Assembly: GCF_000143415.4 (NCBI RefSeq)
Contig: NW_003314266.1
Coordinates: forward strand, 3,032,604 to 3,096,603
Length of the DNA: 64,000 bases
Reading direction: 5' to 3'
Source: Selaginella moellendorffii
Lineage: Eukaryota; Plantae; Lycopodiophyta
In this document: piece after piece, positions 23,858-34,061 of the stretch
Layout: the number at the start of each line of letters is the position of its first letter
Position numbering within the stretch: the stretch's first letter is position 1
Notes under the pieces: model-generated
Database searches by the model: none
Seen by the model: only the letters and a program-made list of their open reading frames with translations
What the model was told of the DNA's origin: nothing
Made by a program: the position numbers and the translations under genes

Positions 23858-25788
23858 ATGAGCGAGGACGTCGACAAGCACGTCTTGCGGAAGTACCACG
23901 TTTGCCAAAAGCTCGGCAAGGGTGTAAGTTGACGGCTCAAAAAGAGTTTTTTATTTGTTGGTGTTATAACTGCTTTGTTTTACTGTTTGCAGGCTTATGG
24001 AATCGTTTGGAAAGCGTTTGATAGGAAGACCAACGATGTTGTTGCTCTCAAAAAGATATTTGACGCGTTTCAAAACTCGACTGATGCTCAGGTTTGTGGT
24101 TCTTTGTCAAAAGTTCCATCTTGCTGACTTGCTGGTTCCAACGTAGAGGACCTTTCGCGAGGTGATGTTTCTTCAGGAGATCAACGATCATGAGAACGTC
24201 ATCAAGTTAGTTTCCGCACCTCTTAAGACTGCTGGCAGTTACATTAATGAACTCGCAGGTTGACAAACGTTCTCAAAGCGGAAAATGACCGTGACTTGTA
24301 CCTAGTGTTTGAGTACATGGGTAAGTTTGCAGGAAAAACTGTAAGCTTATCGATCCATTCCGCAATTTTTCTCTGCGCAGAAACGGATTTGCATGCTGTT
24401 ATAAGAGCCAATATTCTCGAGGATGTACATAAACAAGTAAGTTCTTCCGGCTTTTATGTTTGGCTAAATCCGAGGTGTTTGCAGTACATCATGTATCAAC
24501 TCTTTAAATCTTTGAAGTATTTGCACAGCGCAGGACTGCTGCATCGAGATATCAAGGTGACTTTGTTCAGCCATTGTAAAGAACTGGTGAAAGTATTAAT
24601 GCTTTGAACTTTCAGCCAAGCAATCTACTTTTGGATTCGGATTGCCGATGCAAGCTTGCAGATTTTGGTTTGGCACGATCGGTATGAGAACGCTTTACAA
24701 TTCTTGTATGAGCCTTTTCTTTTTTGAGTGAAGGTTGCCCAATTGAAAGATGACATGGGACAAGCGCAAGTGCTAACAGACTATGTTGCTACTCGATGGT
24801 ACTCCAATTAGAAGCATCTTCACATCATGGATTTTACAAAATGTGGTTTATCAAACAGGTATAGAGCACCCGAGATTCTTCTTGGTTCCACAAAGTAAGC
24901 AGGTGAGACTTTTATGGTAACCGTTTGTGAATTAACAATCTCGCTTAACAGCTACACCTTTGGAGTGGACATGTGGTCGAGTGGCTGCATTCTTGGCGAG
25001 TTGTTGAACGGGAAGCCTGTTTTTCCAGGTGAGTCTGTGATAAACACGGTTAAAATCTCTGAATCTCTGCACGTACAGGGGCATCGACTATGAACCAGAT
25101 TGAAAAAGTTCTGGATCTAATAGGAAAACCGGCATCGGTATGTGACGCGCTGATTTTTTCAGCCGGACTGACACTGTTCTGATTGGAGACAAAGTGAAGG
25201 AGGACATAGCAGCTTTCGAATCGCCATTTGCTGCAGCTATGATTGAGAACATGGCTATAACTGGCCCCAGGTGGGAAAGAATAAGAGTTTTAAGATTGAT
25301 TGAGTGTTTCACTCTGAGCAGATCATTTAGAAAAGCTTTCCCCAGCGCCACGCCTGAAGCTGCGGACTTACTACGCAAATTGCTACACTTTAATCCTCAG
25401 AAGAGGCTTACAGCGGAGGTAACTTTGCAACTTCTTTTGCTATAATCTTCCTGACTTGTGTGTGTGTGTGTGCTGCAGCAAGCATTGCAACATCCATACG
25501 TAGCTCAATTTCACAACCCTCGTGAGGAGCCATCGTGCAATCGATTGATCAGGATTCCCATTGACGACAATCATAAGTAAGAGCTGGGCTTTTTCTGTCG
25601 CTCTGACTTATCCCCTTTTGCTTTCAAACAGATTCACGATCCACGAGTATCGGGAAAGGCTATACGCCGAAATCATCAGCCGGAAGAAAGAGATCAGGAA
25701 GAAGGCTCGAGAGCGAGAACGGAGCCTCCACAGAGAGATGTCAAGAATGCAATCGAGACGCTCGTCTTACCATCCCAGAGCAAGTTAG
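23858..25788 (+). CDS. MAPK15: ERK7/MAPK15-type MAP kinase with TDY activation loop
   Basis: Spliced translation gives [111 protein letters not shown] is characteristic of ERK7/8. Confidence 0.9.
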
Positions 25789-26301
25789 AAGTGAGCTTTC
25801 TTGCTCTCCTGTTCTGTAGACTTATTCGAGATCTCTCTCTTCCAGCTTCGCGAAACTTACACCAAGTGCCTGTCGCGGAGGAACCCCACTCCTTACTTCA
25901 TCGAGAATGGAAAGAGTGGATCAATCGCTCGAAGTAGAGAGTGGGGTTCTGTCCGTGACAGAAACTTGGTATGTCACGCATTGCTTGCCACTGAGATCTG
26001 CGCAGAAAAGCACGCAAAGAGTTAAAGAGATCTTTCGTTAGCTCCAAATGTCCTCACCATATAACATGGAGCACGCGAGCCAAAGGTCCTCACCATATAA
26101 AATGGACCACGCGAGTCAATGATATTCAAAGGTCCAGCACGTGAGTCAACGAAGTTTTGCTCAACATTCGTGCCTAGTCAAAGGTCGACGAAGTTTTGGT
26201 CAACTTTAGGACCCGGCACATTGTTAATGCTTTTATTACAGTAAAAAGCTTGCTTTCACTACAGTAAACAGAGTTCTTCCTAGGAAGAATGAAAGAAGCG
26301 T

Positions 26302-27549
26302 TCACTGTTCGAGGGGAGAATTTGCTACTGCTTGATCCAATTCCCACTCGTAAACACCCTGGCATTCCTCTGCGAGGCTCGTGGAGCACGCCCGGACTAT
26401 CCATCGCAAGGCGAAGAGATTCGCCTCCACGCCCTCGAGATCCATCTCCCGGAACAATCCCAGCGCCTGGCGATCCAGCCCGCGATGCGCACACGCCCAC
26501 AGCATCGTGTTCCACGACACCGCATCTCTCTCGCGCATTCCCCGGAAGAAATACCAGGCCCTCTCCATCCCGCCGCACCTCGCAAAGAGATTTAGCACCG
26601 AGTTCTCCACGCCAAGGTCCAAATCCTCCGTGCTCTCGCGGATCGAGACCCCTAGCTCGAGCCTTCCCTGTACGGCACACGCGAGGATCGCGGACCGCCG
26701 CGCGTGAGAGCTTGGCCGTACGCCCCGGGACACCATAGCTTCGTAGAGGTCAAGAGCCTCGTCAAAATGCCCGTGTTGGGCATATGCTGAAATCATCGCG
26801 TTTGCCACCATAGCATCTCTTGGAGCGAATTCTTCGAACCACGCTCTTGCGCAATCGATGCATTCGCAGCTCACATACATTTCCAAGATGCTGATTTGGA
26901 GAGCTTTGAGGAGTTCTTGGCCGGTGGCAGCGATCCTCGCGTGAACAGAGATGCCATCTCTGGGCATCTTGAGCGATCCACACGCCTCGAGCGCGGCCGC
27001 GAAGATCGCCGCATTGGGCTCGATCTCCGCCTGGAACAACAGCCTCCGGTAGAGATCGATCGCCTTGCGGTGCTGCCCATTGCGCGAGTACCCCTCGATC
27101 ATCGCGCTCCACGACGCGGCGTCCTTGATCTTGATCCTCGCAAACGCCACGCGCGCGTCCTTCGTCCCGCCCAATCGCGCCATCGCCTGGACGAGAAGAT
27201 TGCCCACTTGGGCATCCTCCGCGGCCCCAGGCAAGTTCGCGAAGATCCGGGCCTGGATCGCACGCGCCTCTTCTAGCGACTGGGCGCCCGCGAGCGACGA
27301 TTCGATCCATCGCCAGTGGGAGGAGAGAGGGGACCGGCGATCCGAGAGGTGCTGCTGTGCCAAGTCCGCCCATGGATCGCCGGGGAGATTGGCGACCATC
27401 CACGAGAGATAAGAATTGGAAACGCTGCTTAGGCGCTTCCCCTTGTGCCTTCCAAAGCTAAGAACGATCGAGTTGCGAGCGCTCTCATCGGTTTTCTCTC
27501 CAGAGCACAGCGCGAGAATTCTCACTCCCACTCCCACCGATTGGATCAT
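26302..27549 (-). CDS. PPR protein with an N-terminal FGxHKG (DUF3820-like) domain
   Basis: Single 415-aa ORF: SFGRHKGKRLSSVSNSYLSWMVANL..WADLA followed by PLS repeats (SWSAMIEGYSRNGQHRKAIDLY, VSWNTMLWACAHRG). Confidence 0.8.
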   Translation of the reverse strand: MIQSVGVGVRILALCSGEKTDESARNSIVLSFGRHKGKRLSSVSNSYLSWMVANLPGDPWADLAQQHLSDRRSPLSSHWRWIESSLAGAQSLEEARAIQARIFANLPGAAEDAQVGNLLVQAMARLGGTKDARVAFARIKIKDAASWSAMIEGYSRNGQHRKAIDLYRRLLFQAEIEPNAAIFAAALEACGSLKMPRDGISVHARIAATGQELLKALQISILEMYVSCECIDCARAWFEEFAPRDAMVANAMISAYAQHGHFDEALDLYEAMVSRGVRPSSHARRSAILACAVQGRLELGVSIRESTEDLDLGVENSVLNLFARCGGMERAWYFFRGMRERDAVSWNTMLWACAHRGLDRQALGLFREMDLEGVEANLFALRWIVRACSTSLAEECQGVYEWELDQAVANSPLEQ

Positions 27550-27683
27550 CGATACAAATCTTTAGTTGACAAAGCTAAAACAAATCAACACCGCTTTCTT
27601 CTAGGCCGGATGGATCTCTCAAGCCATCCAACTCGAGGATGCCTCTGTTTCAAAAGCTTGTGTTAATTAAGAAATTGTAATTT

Positions 27684-27755
27684 CGCCGTTGCCGGGGATT
27701 GAACCCGGGTCGTCCGCGTGACAGGCGGAAATACTCACCACTATACTACAACGAC
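27684..27755 (-). tRNA. tRNA-Asp(GTC)
   Basis: 72 nt GTCGTTGTAGTATAGTGGTGAGTATTTCCGCCTGTCACGCGGACGACCCGGGTTCAATCCCCGGCAACGGCG. Cloverleaf with GTC anticodon and a T-run downstream. Confidence 0.96.
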
Positions 27756-28104
27756 ATTAGATACTTTAAAGGATAAAAGGCAATTAGAAAAACCACATTT
27801 ACCTCCACCTATTGTATGTGATGATATCTGAGCACATTTATACAATATCTACGATGCTTCTGCTTGTTTATAACAAGTCCAAAAGCTTTACTAGCTTGTG
27901 TTGCCTGGCTAGAAACTCTCCCAACAGCTTGAGAGATTTTGTGATGCTATCTGATTTAGTCCTTTGTTGAAAGGTCTGTTTTCCTTTATTCAGGATTTAC
28001 AAGCTTTCCACCTGAGAAGGCATGATGCACAACATTCTTTTCTACTTTTATCTCTGATAGATTTTTTTGTTAGCATGAAGAAGCATCTCTTCTTGAGCAG
28101 AAGA

Positions 28105-28183
28105 GTGTTCTAGCTCGATCTGGCGCCTTGTAGAGCCGATCCCGGGTTCGAACCCACCCGAAGAAGAGGGACCCAATTTTTTT
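28105..28183 (+). other. Degenerate tRNA-derived/SINE-like Pol III unit
   Basis: A-box-like TAGCTCGATCTGG (28111), B-box GGTTCGAACCC (28145) and T7 run (28177-28183). No intact cloverleaf. Confidence 0.4.
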
Positions 28184-28323
28184 AGACATGCTGGGGCAGA
28201 GATTCGAACGTGTCACGTCTTAGTACTTCGACAAATTTTGGAGGTCCTATAATCTATAAAACCTTTTTCAACATTATCAAGTTAGTGTCTTAGTGATCCA
28301 AGGTTCTTTCTTTCAACTCGAAG

Positions 28324-30552
28324 CTAGATCTTTCCACTTCGCGGCGGATCAAACACGAGAGGGAGAGAGTCCCGGTCTCCTCTCTTCACGTGTTCTTGCA
28401 GCTTCGCTCTTCCCTGCGATGGCCGACAGCGTTTAGAACTTATGGCGACAGAAAACCAGAGATTTCCACCTGAATTCGAGCGTAAGTTATCTGGCAGATC
28501 TTCCTCGAGTTGTGTGCTTCCCATTGCAGGTTGTGGAACGCTTTGTAAAACCTCCCGCAGGCCGCGACCGAGACGAAGTTGACAAATGCGTAACCAAGGT
28601 TACACTGGTTCCTGGGAAAGCAAGCTCTAGACCGCGTACATAGTAAAAGAACACTCGACGATGGTCACCTGGGATCGATCGGAAGGTACAAGAAATCGTA
28701 CGCGGAAACATCCTCAGAACTGTCGATATGCGCATTGCATTGAGCGCAATGACCATCTATCTTGTCCATGAGCTTCTCCTGACTGCGAAGAGCACAAAAA
28801 CAAGAATGAGAAGCGATCGATGCATAAGAAAAGAGAAACTTCTACCTGTATTTGTTGGGAAGATTCTTGATCATGAGAGTCGTCCTCTCGTCCTTCAACT
28901 CCTCGTCGAATTTGTACGAGCAATCCTCGAGCATTCTTCTCCTTTCCTTCGGATTCCCACGAGCACCGGAGAAACTCCACAAAGGAGCTTGCCAGGCTTG
29001 GTACGTGCTTATAGCCGGAGGAACGCCGGCGTAGAAACCAGGCGGAGTAAAGAGCGGCGCCGCTGCTGGAGGAGGAGGGGCCTTCCACTCCACCGCGCGC
29101 TGGAAGCTCTCAAACGCCACCGCCGGGTACAAGTCGAGGATGGAATGGTGCTCGCTGTGCCTCTGGAGCATCCCACCGGGGCGACTAAACTCGATCTTGA
29201 CAGTGCTGCCGAGAATGTCCTCGCCATCCAGCGCCTCTTTCGCTCGAGCGGCGTCGCGCACGTCGAAGAACTCGACGAACTTGTGCGTTCGCTTGATCGG
29301 AGTCTCTCGGATCTCCTTCACATCACCTGGCCGGCAAGGCAAATTCCAGAGAAGAGTTAGAATCTCACAAGCTGGAAGTTGGCGGACACCATAAAAGCCG
29401 AGAAAATAAAATCTAGCGAATCTAGTGCTTCTAGATTTGCTATTTAATGCGTGTTGGCTATAGCGCAAGTGGAAAGAACTCTAGAGCTTAGCTCGCAAAT
29501 CTCAAGAAAGAACCAGTCCCACGCAAGACAATGATAGAACACTCACAGAACACAATGCCAAAGAGCAAGCGATCTTCGAGAAAGAAAGAGCTACCTAGAG
29601 ATGAAGAGAAAAACCCATTCTTACCGTATTTCTTGAAGACACTGTTGATGGTCTCGATGGAGATCGCGACATCCAGGTTGAAGACGACGAGCGTGCCTTG
29701 ATTCTCCATCTCTGGAAACTCCTCCTTCTCGCTCACGCAGCAGCACAGCGGCACGAATTTGGCCCACAGCGCGGCGCCGCAAACGAGGCCCCGCTCGCGG
29801 CGCAGCTTCTCGCCGGCGGCGCGCAGTGCCGCCCGCGTCACCTCGATCTGGCGCCGCGCGGCGCTCTTGGCGTCCTCTCGGGCAGCGTGACGCCAGGCCC
29901 TCTGGAAGTGATCCATCCGGCGGAGCAGCAGGAATTTGTGCTGCTGGATGAGGTGCTGCGCGTGGATGTCCTTGAGCGCCTGGGCGGCGTGGCGGACGTC
30001 GCAGTAGTGGGCGATCACAATGCCGCGCTCCGCCATGGCGGCGAAGGAGATGTAGCGCAGCGCGCCCCACTGCTCGAGCTGGGACTGGAGCTGGCCGGGA
30101 TCGATCGGATAGGGGATATTGCCGAGGATGAGCGAGCGGGAGGAGTGCTCGCGAGCGATGGAGGATGGGGCGATGTGGCGGACGTTGGAGATCGAATCGA
30201 AGATCGGCGAGGGATAGAAGAAATACTGTGCCATGCCTTCTTCTTCTTCTTCTCCTCCTCGATCGCAATCTTCTTGAGCCGATGTCTCGGATTCCTCTCC
30301 ACTTTCTTGCTGCTCGAGGCGATTCTCATCCTCGTCGGAGGATTCTTGCACGAGACTAAACTCGTGCCGACGATGCGGAGGAGCAAGAGGAGAAGAGAAT
30401 GCCGGGAGAGGAGCGATCGATTCTTCCAGCGGCTGAAACTCCCGAGCATCGGGATTGAGCTTGGACAAGATCGGCGCGGGGAGGAAGCGCGGGAAGATTT
30501 TGATCCATTGAGCCGGAGCAGGATCAACGATCGGCGGAGCGAAGATCATCAT
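28324..30552 (-). CDS. TEL: TERMINAL EAR1/TEL-type MEI2-like RRM protein
   Basis: [36 protein letters not shown]...[14 protein letters not shown]3 [52 protein letters not shown]. Start codon uncertain. Confidence 0.9.
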
Positions 30553-31105
30553 TCTGCCCGCCCAAAATGCCAAGAACCCTAAATTATACCCCTGTTCCAT
30601 CCCCCATCCAACGGCTCGCACGGCGGGACATCCGACGGCTGTAGACACACTGTACGGTCTTGGAAGCGCTTAAAGGCCAAAATCTTTCACAAATCACCTC
30701 TCGTGTCACTCTCGCTTAACTTCCCACCGTACGGCCTTCCGAGAGTGATGGAGGGCGGCTCGAGCACAAGCAAGCCGGGACAAGAATATTCTTATTCCTC
30801 GATTCCCAGGCTCCAAACCGGATCGCAATCATTACACCTTTCTATCGTTTTCTATGTAGGGTAGCCCTACCACCCTATCCCCACAACACACATTTTTCTC
30901 TATCTTACGTACTCGACGCCCGCCATGCACAAAAGAAATTTTGCGGAAGATTTTCTAATTAAGGCTGGATCCGTACGGATAAAGTATTTAACGGGACAGT
31001 TAAATACGAGACTATTAACTATCTATCTTCCCCTAAACGAAAATAGTATAATTTTCATTAATCTAAAACTTGATAGACTTTAAATTAGAAAAAGGTGGTG
31101 GAGAT

Positions 31106-32164
31106 CTAAGTGGGAGTGATCCCGGCATTTGCTATTCGAGATAAAAGAGAGACAAGACATATACACAGGAGGATTGCCTGGAGCAACGCCAGGAACCCAC
31201 GCCGGAGAACTAAACCTTTGCTTTCCTCTACATCCAGCCAGTGGCTTTGGATGGTCTCCAGCTCCATCACCCTCTTCTTGAGCTCTTCCACGCCATCGTC
31301 TTGGCTCGCAGCAGGGGAAAAAGATCTGGCAGCCACTTCGTTGCGATCGCGATGGAGATCTCGATGGCCATCCATCGAACTCTTCAAAGTGTGCGAGTCT
31401 TTCAAGTTGTTTTCCACCATGTTGTTGAGAAGCCCCTCTTGGAGCTGGACCACTCCGATCAACTCGTCGACGAATGTGACCAGGTGTTCCTTGACAAGTT
31501 CTTGAGATTCGTGAAGAGAGCTCGAGGATCTTGGCTGCGACTGCGGTGCCTCCTGGAAAACAGAAGAATTCATCGTCTCTGCATGCTGCTGCCTCTCTAA
31601 CGACGAGCATTGATCTAGAAAAACTTTTGCGGGATCTAGAAAAAAAAACCAAACCGAAAAGGGAAAAAAATGAAAGAGGACCAGCCTATACCTCGAATCG
31701 CATCGATGGAGTCCAAGCTCGGACTCACAGTCATCGGCAACAGCTTTGGAGTTGCTGCCTCGGATGGATCTGTCCAAAGAATGGAGTCTCAAACCAAAAA
31801 AATAGAATCCTTCTTTTCTGGGACACCCGGCACTACCTTTCGATGGCGAGCTCGAGGAAGAATCACTGGAGCACGACGATGAAGAAGAAGAGAAGGGCCG
31901 GCAACTGGATCTGGAAGAGCTGCCGGAGGAGAAATTTCCATCGACGATCTGCCAGGAGAGAGATTTCTTGAGCGATTGCTCCATCCGCAAAATCTCGAGC
32001 AACTGCTGCTCCTCCCGGCGCCGATGCGTGGCCGGCATCGCCAATCTTGCCCTGGGACTGTATGCGCGATGAAAAGCCGCGACGATCTTGTCGATCGGGG
32101 GCTCGTCGAGCGCGTCGTCGATGTAGAGCCTGAGCCGCCTAAGATCTGACACTAGGGCCTCCAT
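31106..32164 (-). CDS. Coiled-coil tail-anchored membrane protein ending ...ITPT (candidate plant KASH protein)
   Basis: Two probable introns (31836-31770 and 31691-31636; 123 nt total, frame-preserving). C-terminal coiled coil (VEELKKRVMELE), transmembrane segment FLALLQAILLCICLVSLL, short tail SRIANAGITPT*. Confidence 0.7.
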   Translation of the reverse strand: MEALVSDLRRLRLYIDDALDEPPIDKIVAAFHRAYSPRARLAMPATHRRREEQQLLEILRMEQSLKKSLSWQIVDGNFSSGSSSRSSCRPFSSSSSSCSSDSSSSSPSKGSAGCPRKEGFYFFGLRLHSLDRSIRGSNSKAVADDCESELGLHRCDSRYRLVLFHFFPFSVWFFFLDPAKVFLDQCSSLERQQHAETMNSSVFQEAPQSQPRSSSSLHESQELVKEHLVTFVDELIGVVQLQEGLLNNMVENNLKDSHTLKSSMDGHRDLHRDRNEVAARSFSPAASQDDGVEELKKRVMELETIQSHWLDVEESKGLVLRRGFLALLQAILLCICLVSLLSRIANAGITPT

Positions 32165-32616
32165 CCATCCGCAAGAACCATAAAAATCCCTCCCTCGATC
32201 CCAGGTTCTTGCATGCGATGCTTTTCTTATTTAGGGTATAACCACGACAGCGTGGCATACACGTGTCCGCCACGTCGGAAGAGCCCTAAAGCCCCGGACG
32301 CCGGGGCCGGAATTAAATAGGGCTGACTGTTGTGACTATTGCGTCTTCATCGTTCTCCATTTTCCTCCAAATTCTCTCCCTCGTCTAGACCTAAATATCG
32401 CCTCCCAGATCGCCGTGTTCTTCGCCACATTCTCTTCTCCACTGCAATCGGCTTGGCGGCGCTCTAGGCGCCGTGTGCTCGAGGTGAGAATCGCTGCTTC
32501 TTTCTTCTCTTTCGCTCGCCAGCGCCTCGATTTCTAGAACTAGGGCTCTTGATTTGGAGCTCTCGCGTTTCTTTTCACGCGGATTTCGACTGATTGCTGG
32601 ATTGGCAGTGGCAGGA

Positions 32617-33749
32617 ATGGGGAAGGGGCCGGGGATGTTTGGCGATATCGGCAAGCGCACCAAAGGTAGGCTCTGGTCGCTCAGGATTAGGGTTTTGGGT
32701 CTAACCTAGTGGCTGCCACTCCAGACCTCCTGACCAGGGATTTTACAAGTGATCAGAAGTTCACCGTGACATCGTCCACGAGCTCGGGCATTGTATGGAC
32801 TTCTCTTTCTTCTTTTTCTCTTCAAGAGCTAATTAATTCCCTTCTTTTATAGACTTTCACATCGTTCGGAAACAAAAAGGGGGAGCAATTTGCTGGGAAT
32901 GTCAACACCCAGTTCAAGACGAACAACATGACTGTGAATGTCAAAGTCGACACGGAGTCCAATGTGAGCTTCCAACTTGGTCTGATCATCGCATTGAGCT
33001 AAAGAACTGGTGTTCTAGATTCACGGAGTCATCACTGCCGATGAGATTGCGAAGGGTGCTAAGACGGTGTTCACGTTCACCATCCCTGACAATAAGTGTG
33101 GCAAGGTACGCAAGCTCTAGAGCTGCTTTTGTTTAGTTCCGGCTTGACTTTGGGTTTTCCCAGATCAAATTTCAGTACGTCCATGATCTGTTCGGCTTGG
33201 CCACCAGTATTGGCTTGACTTCATCTCCTGTTGCTGACTTAAGCGCAGCTCTTGGAAATGATGTGGTGGCTGTAGGTGGTGAGCTCTCGTTCGACACGGC
33301 CAGCGGGAAGCTCTCGAGATACAGCGGTGGGATTGGACTGACAAAGCCGGACTACAGTGCTGCCTTGATCACGTAAGCTTCCTTATCTTTTCGAGCGTTT
33401 TGTTTTGTGGGAACTTAAGAGGCGATACTCTTTTGTTTCCAGCGCCGACAAGGGTGACACGCTCAAAGCCTCTTACTGTCACACGGTGAACGCCAACACC
33501 AAGACGACCGTCGGTGCCGAGGTCTCGCACAGCATTTCGAAGAAACAAAACACCTTCACCATCGGTGCGTTGTACGTGTTGGATCCTCTCACGGCCGTAA
33601 AGGCCAGGCTCAACAACCATGGCCAAGTTGGGGCTCTCCTGCAACACGAGTGGCGGCCAAAGTCGACGGTCACGCTGTGTGGAGAGGTCGACACAAAAGC
33701 GCTAAACAGCCGTCCCAAGATCGGGTTGGCCGTGGCTCTCAAGCCGTGA
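32617..33749 (+). CDS. VDAC: Mitochondrial outer-membrane porin (VDAC)
   Basis: MGKGPGMFGDIGKRTKDLLTRDF..DQKFTVT, DKGDTLKASY, VKARLNNHG.VGALLQHEW, KIGLAVALKP*. Confidence 0.96.
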
Positions 33750-34061
33750 GGAGGATCAAACTCAAGAGAGAGCTCGCGACGAATCGATCGAGCGAGTGAG
33801 CGACTATGGCGATGGTCTCTTGGTTTGGAAGGAAGTTTGCGGAAGAAAGGATTTGGGGGGAGTTTTGATAAGATTGTTGCTGCAACAACATTGTCGTGAG
33901 GAGAAAGTATACCGTGTTTTTCATGTGTAGAAACATTCTTTTCTATACGAAGGAGACTTGACAGAATATGCTCTTAACGAGAAAGAATATATCCTAGCTG
34001 AATATTCTTTGTAAGAGCCCTAAAAAGTTTTTGGAGTTTAGGGTTCTTGCTTCTTGCAGCT

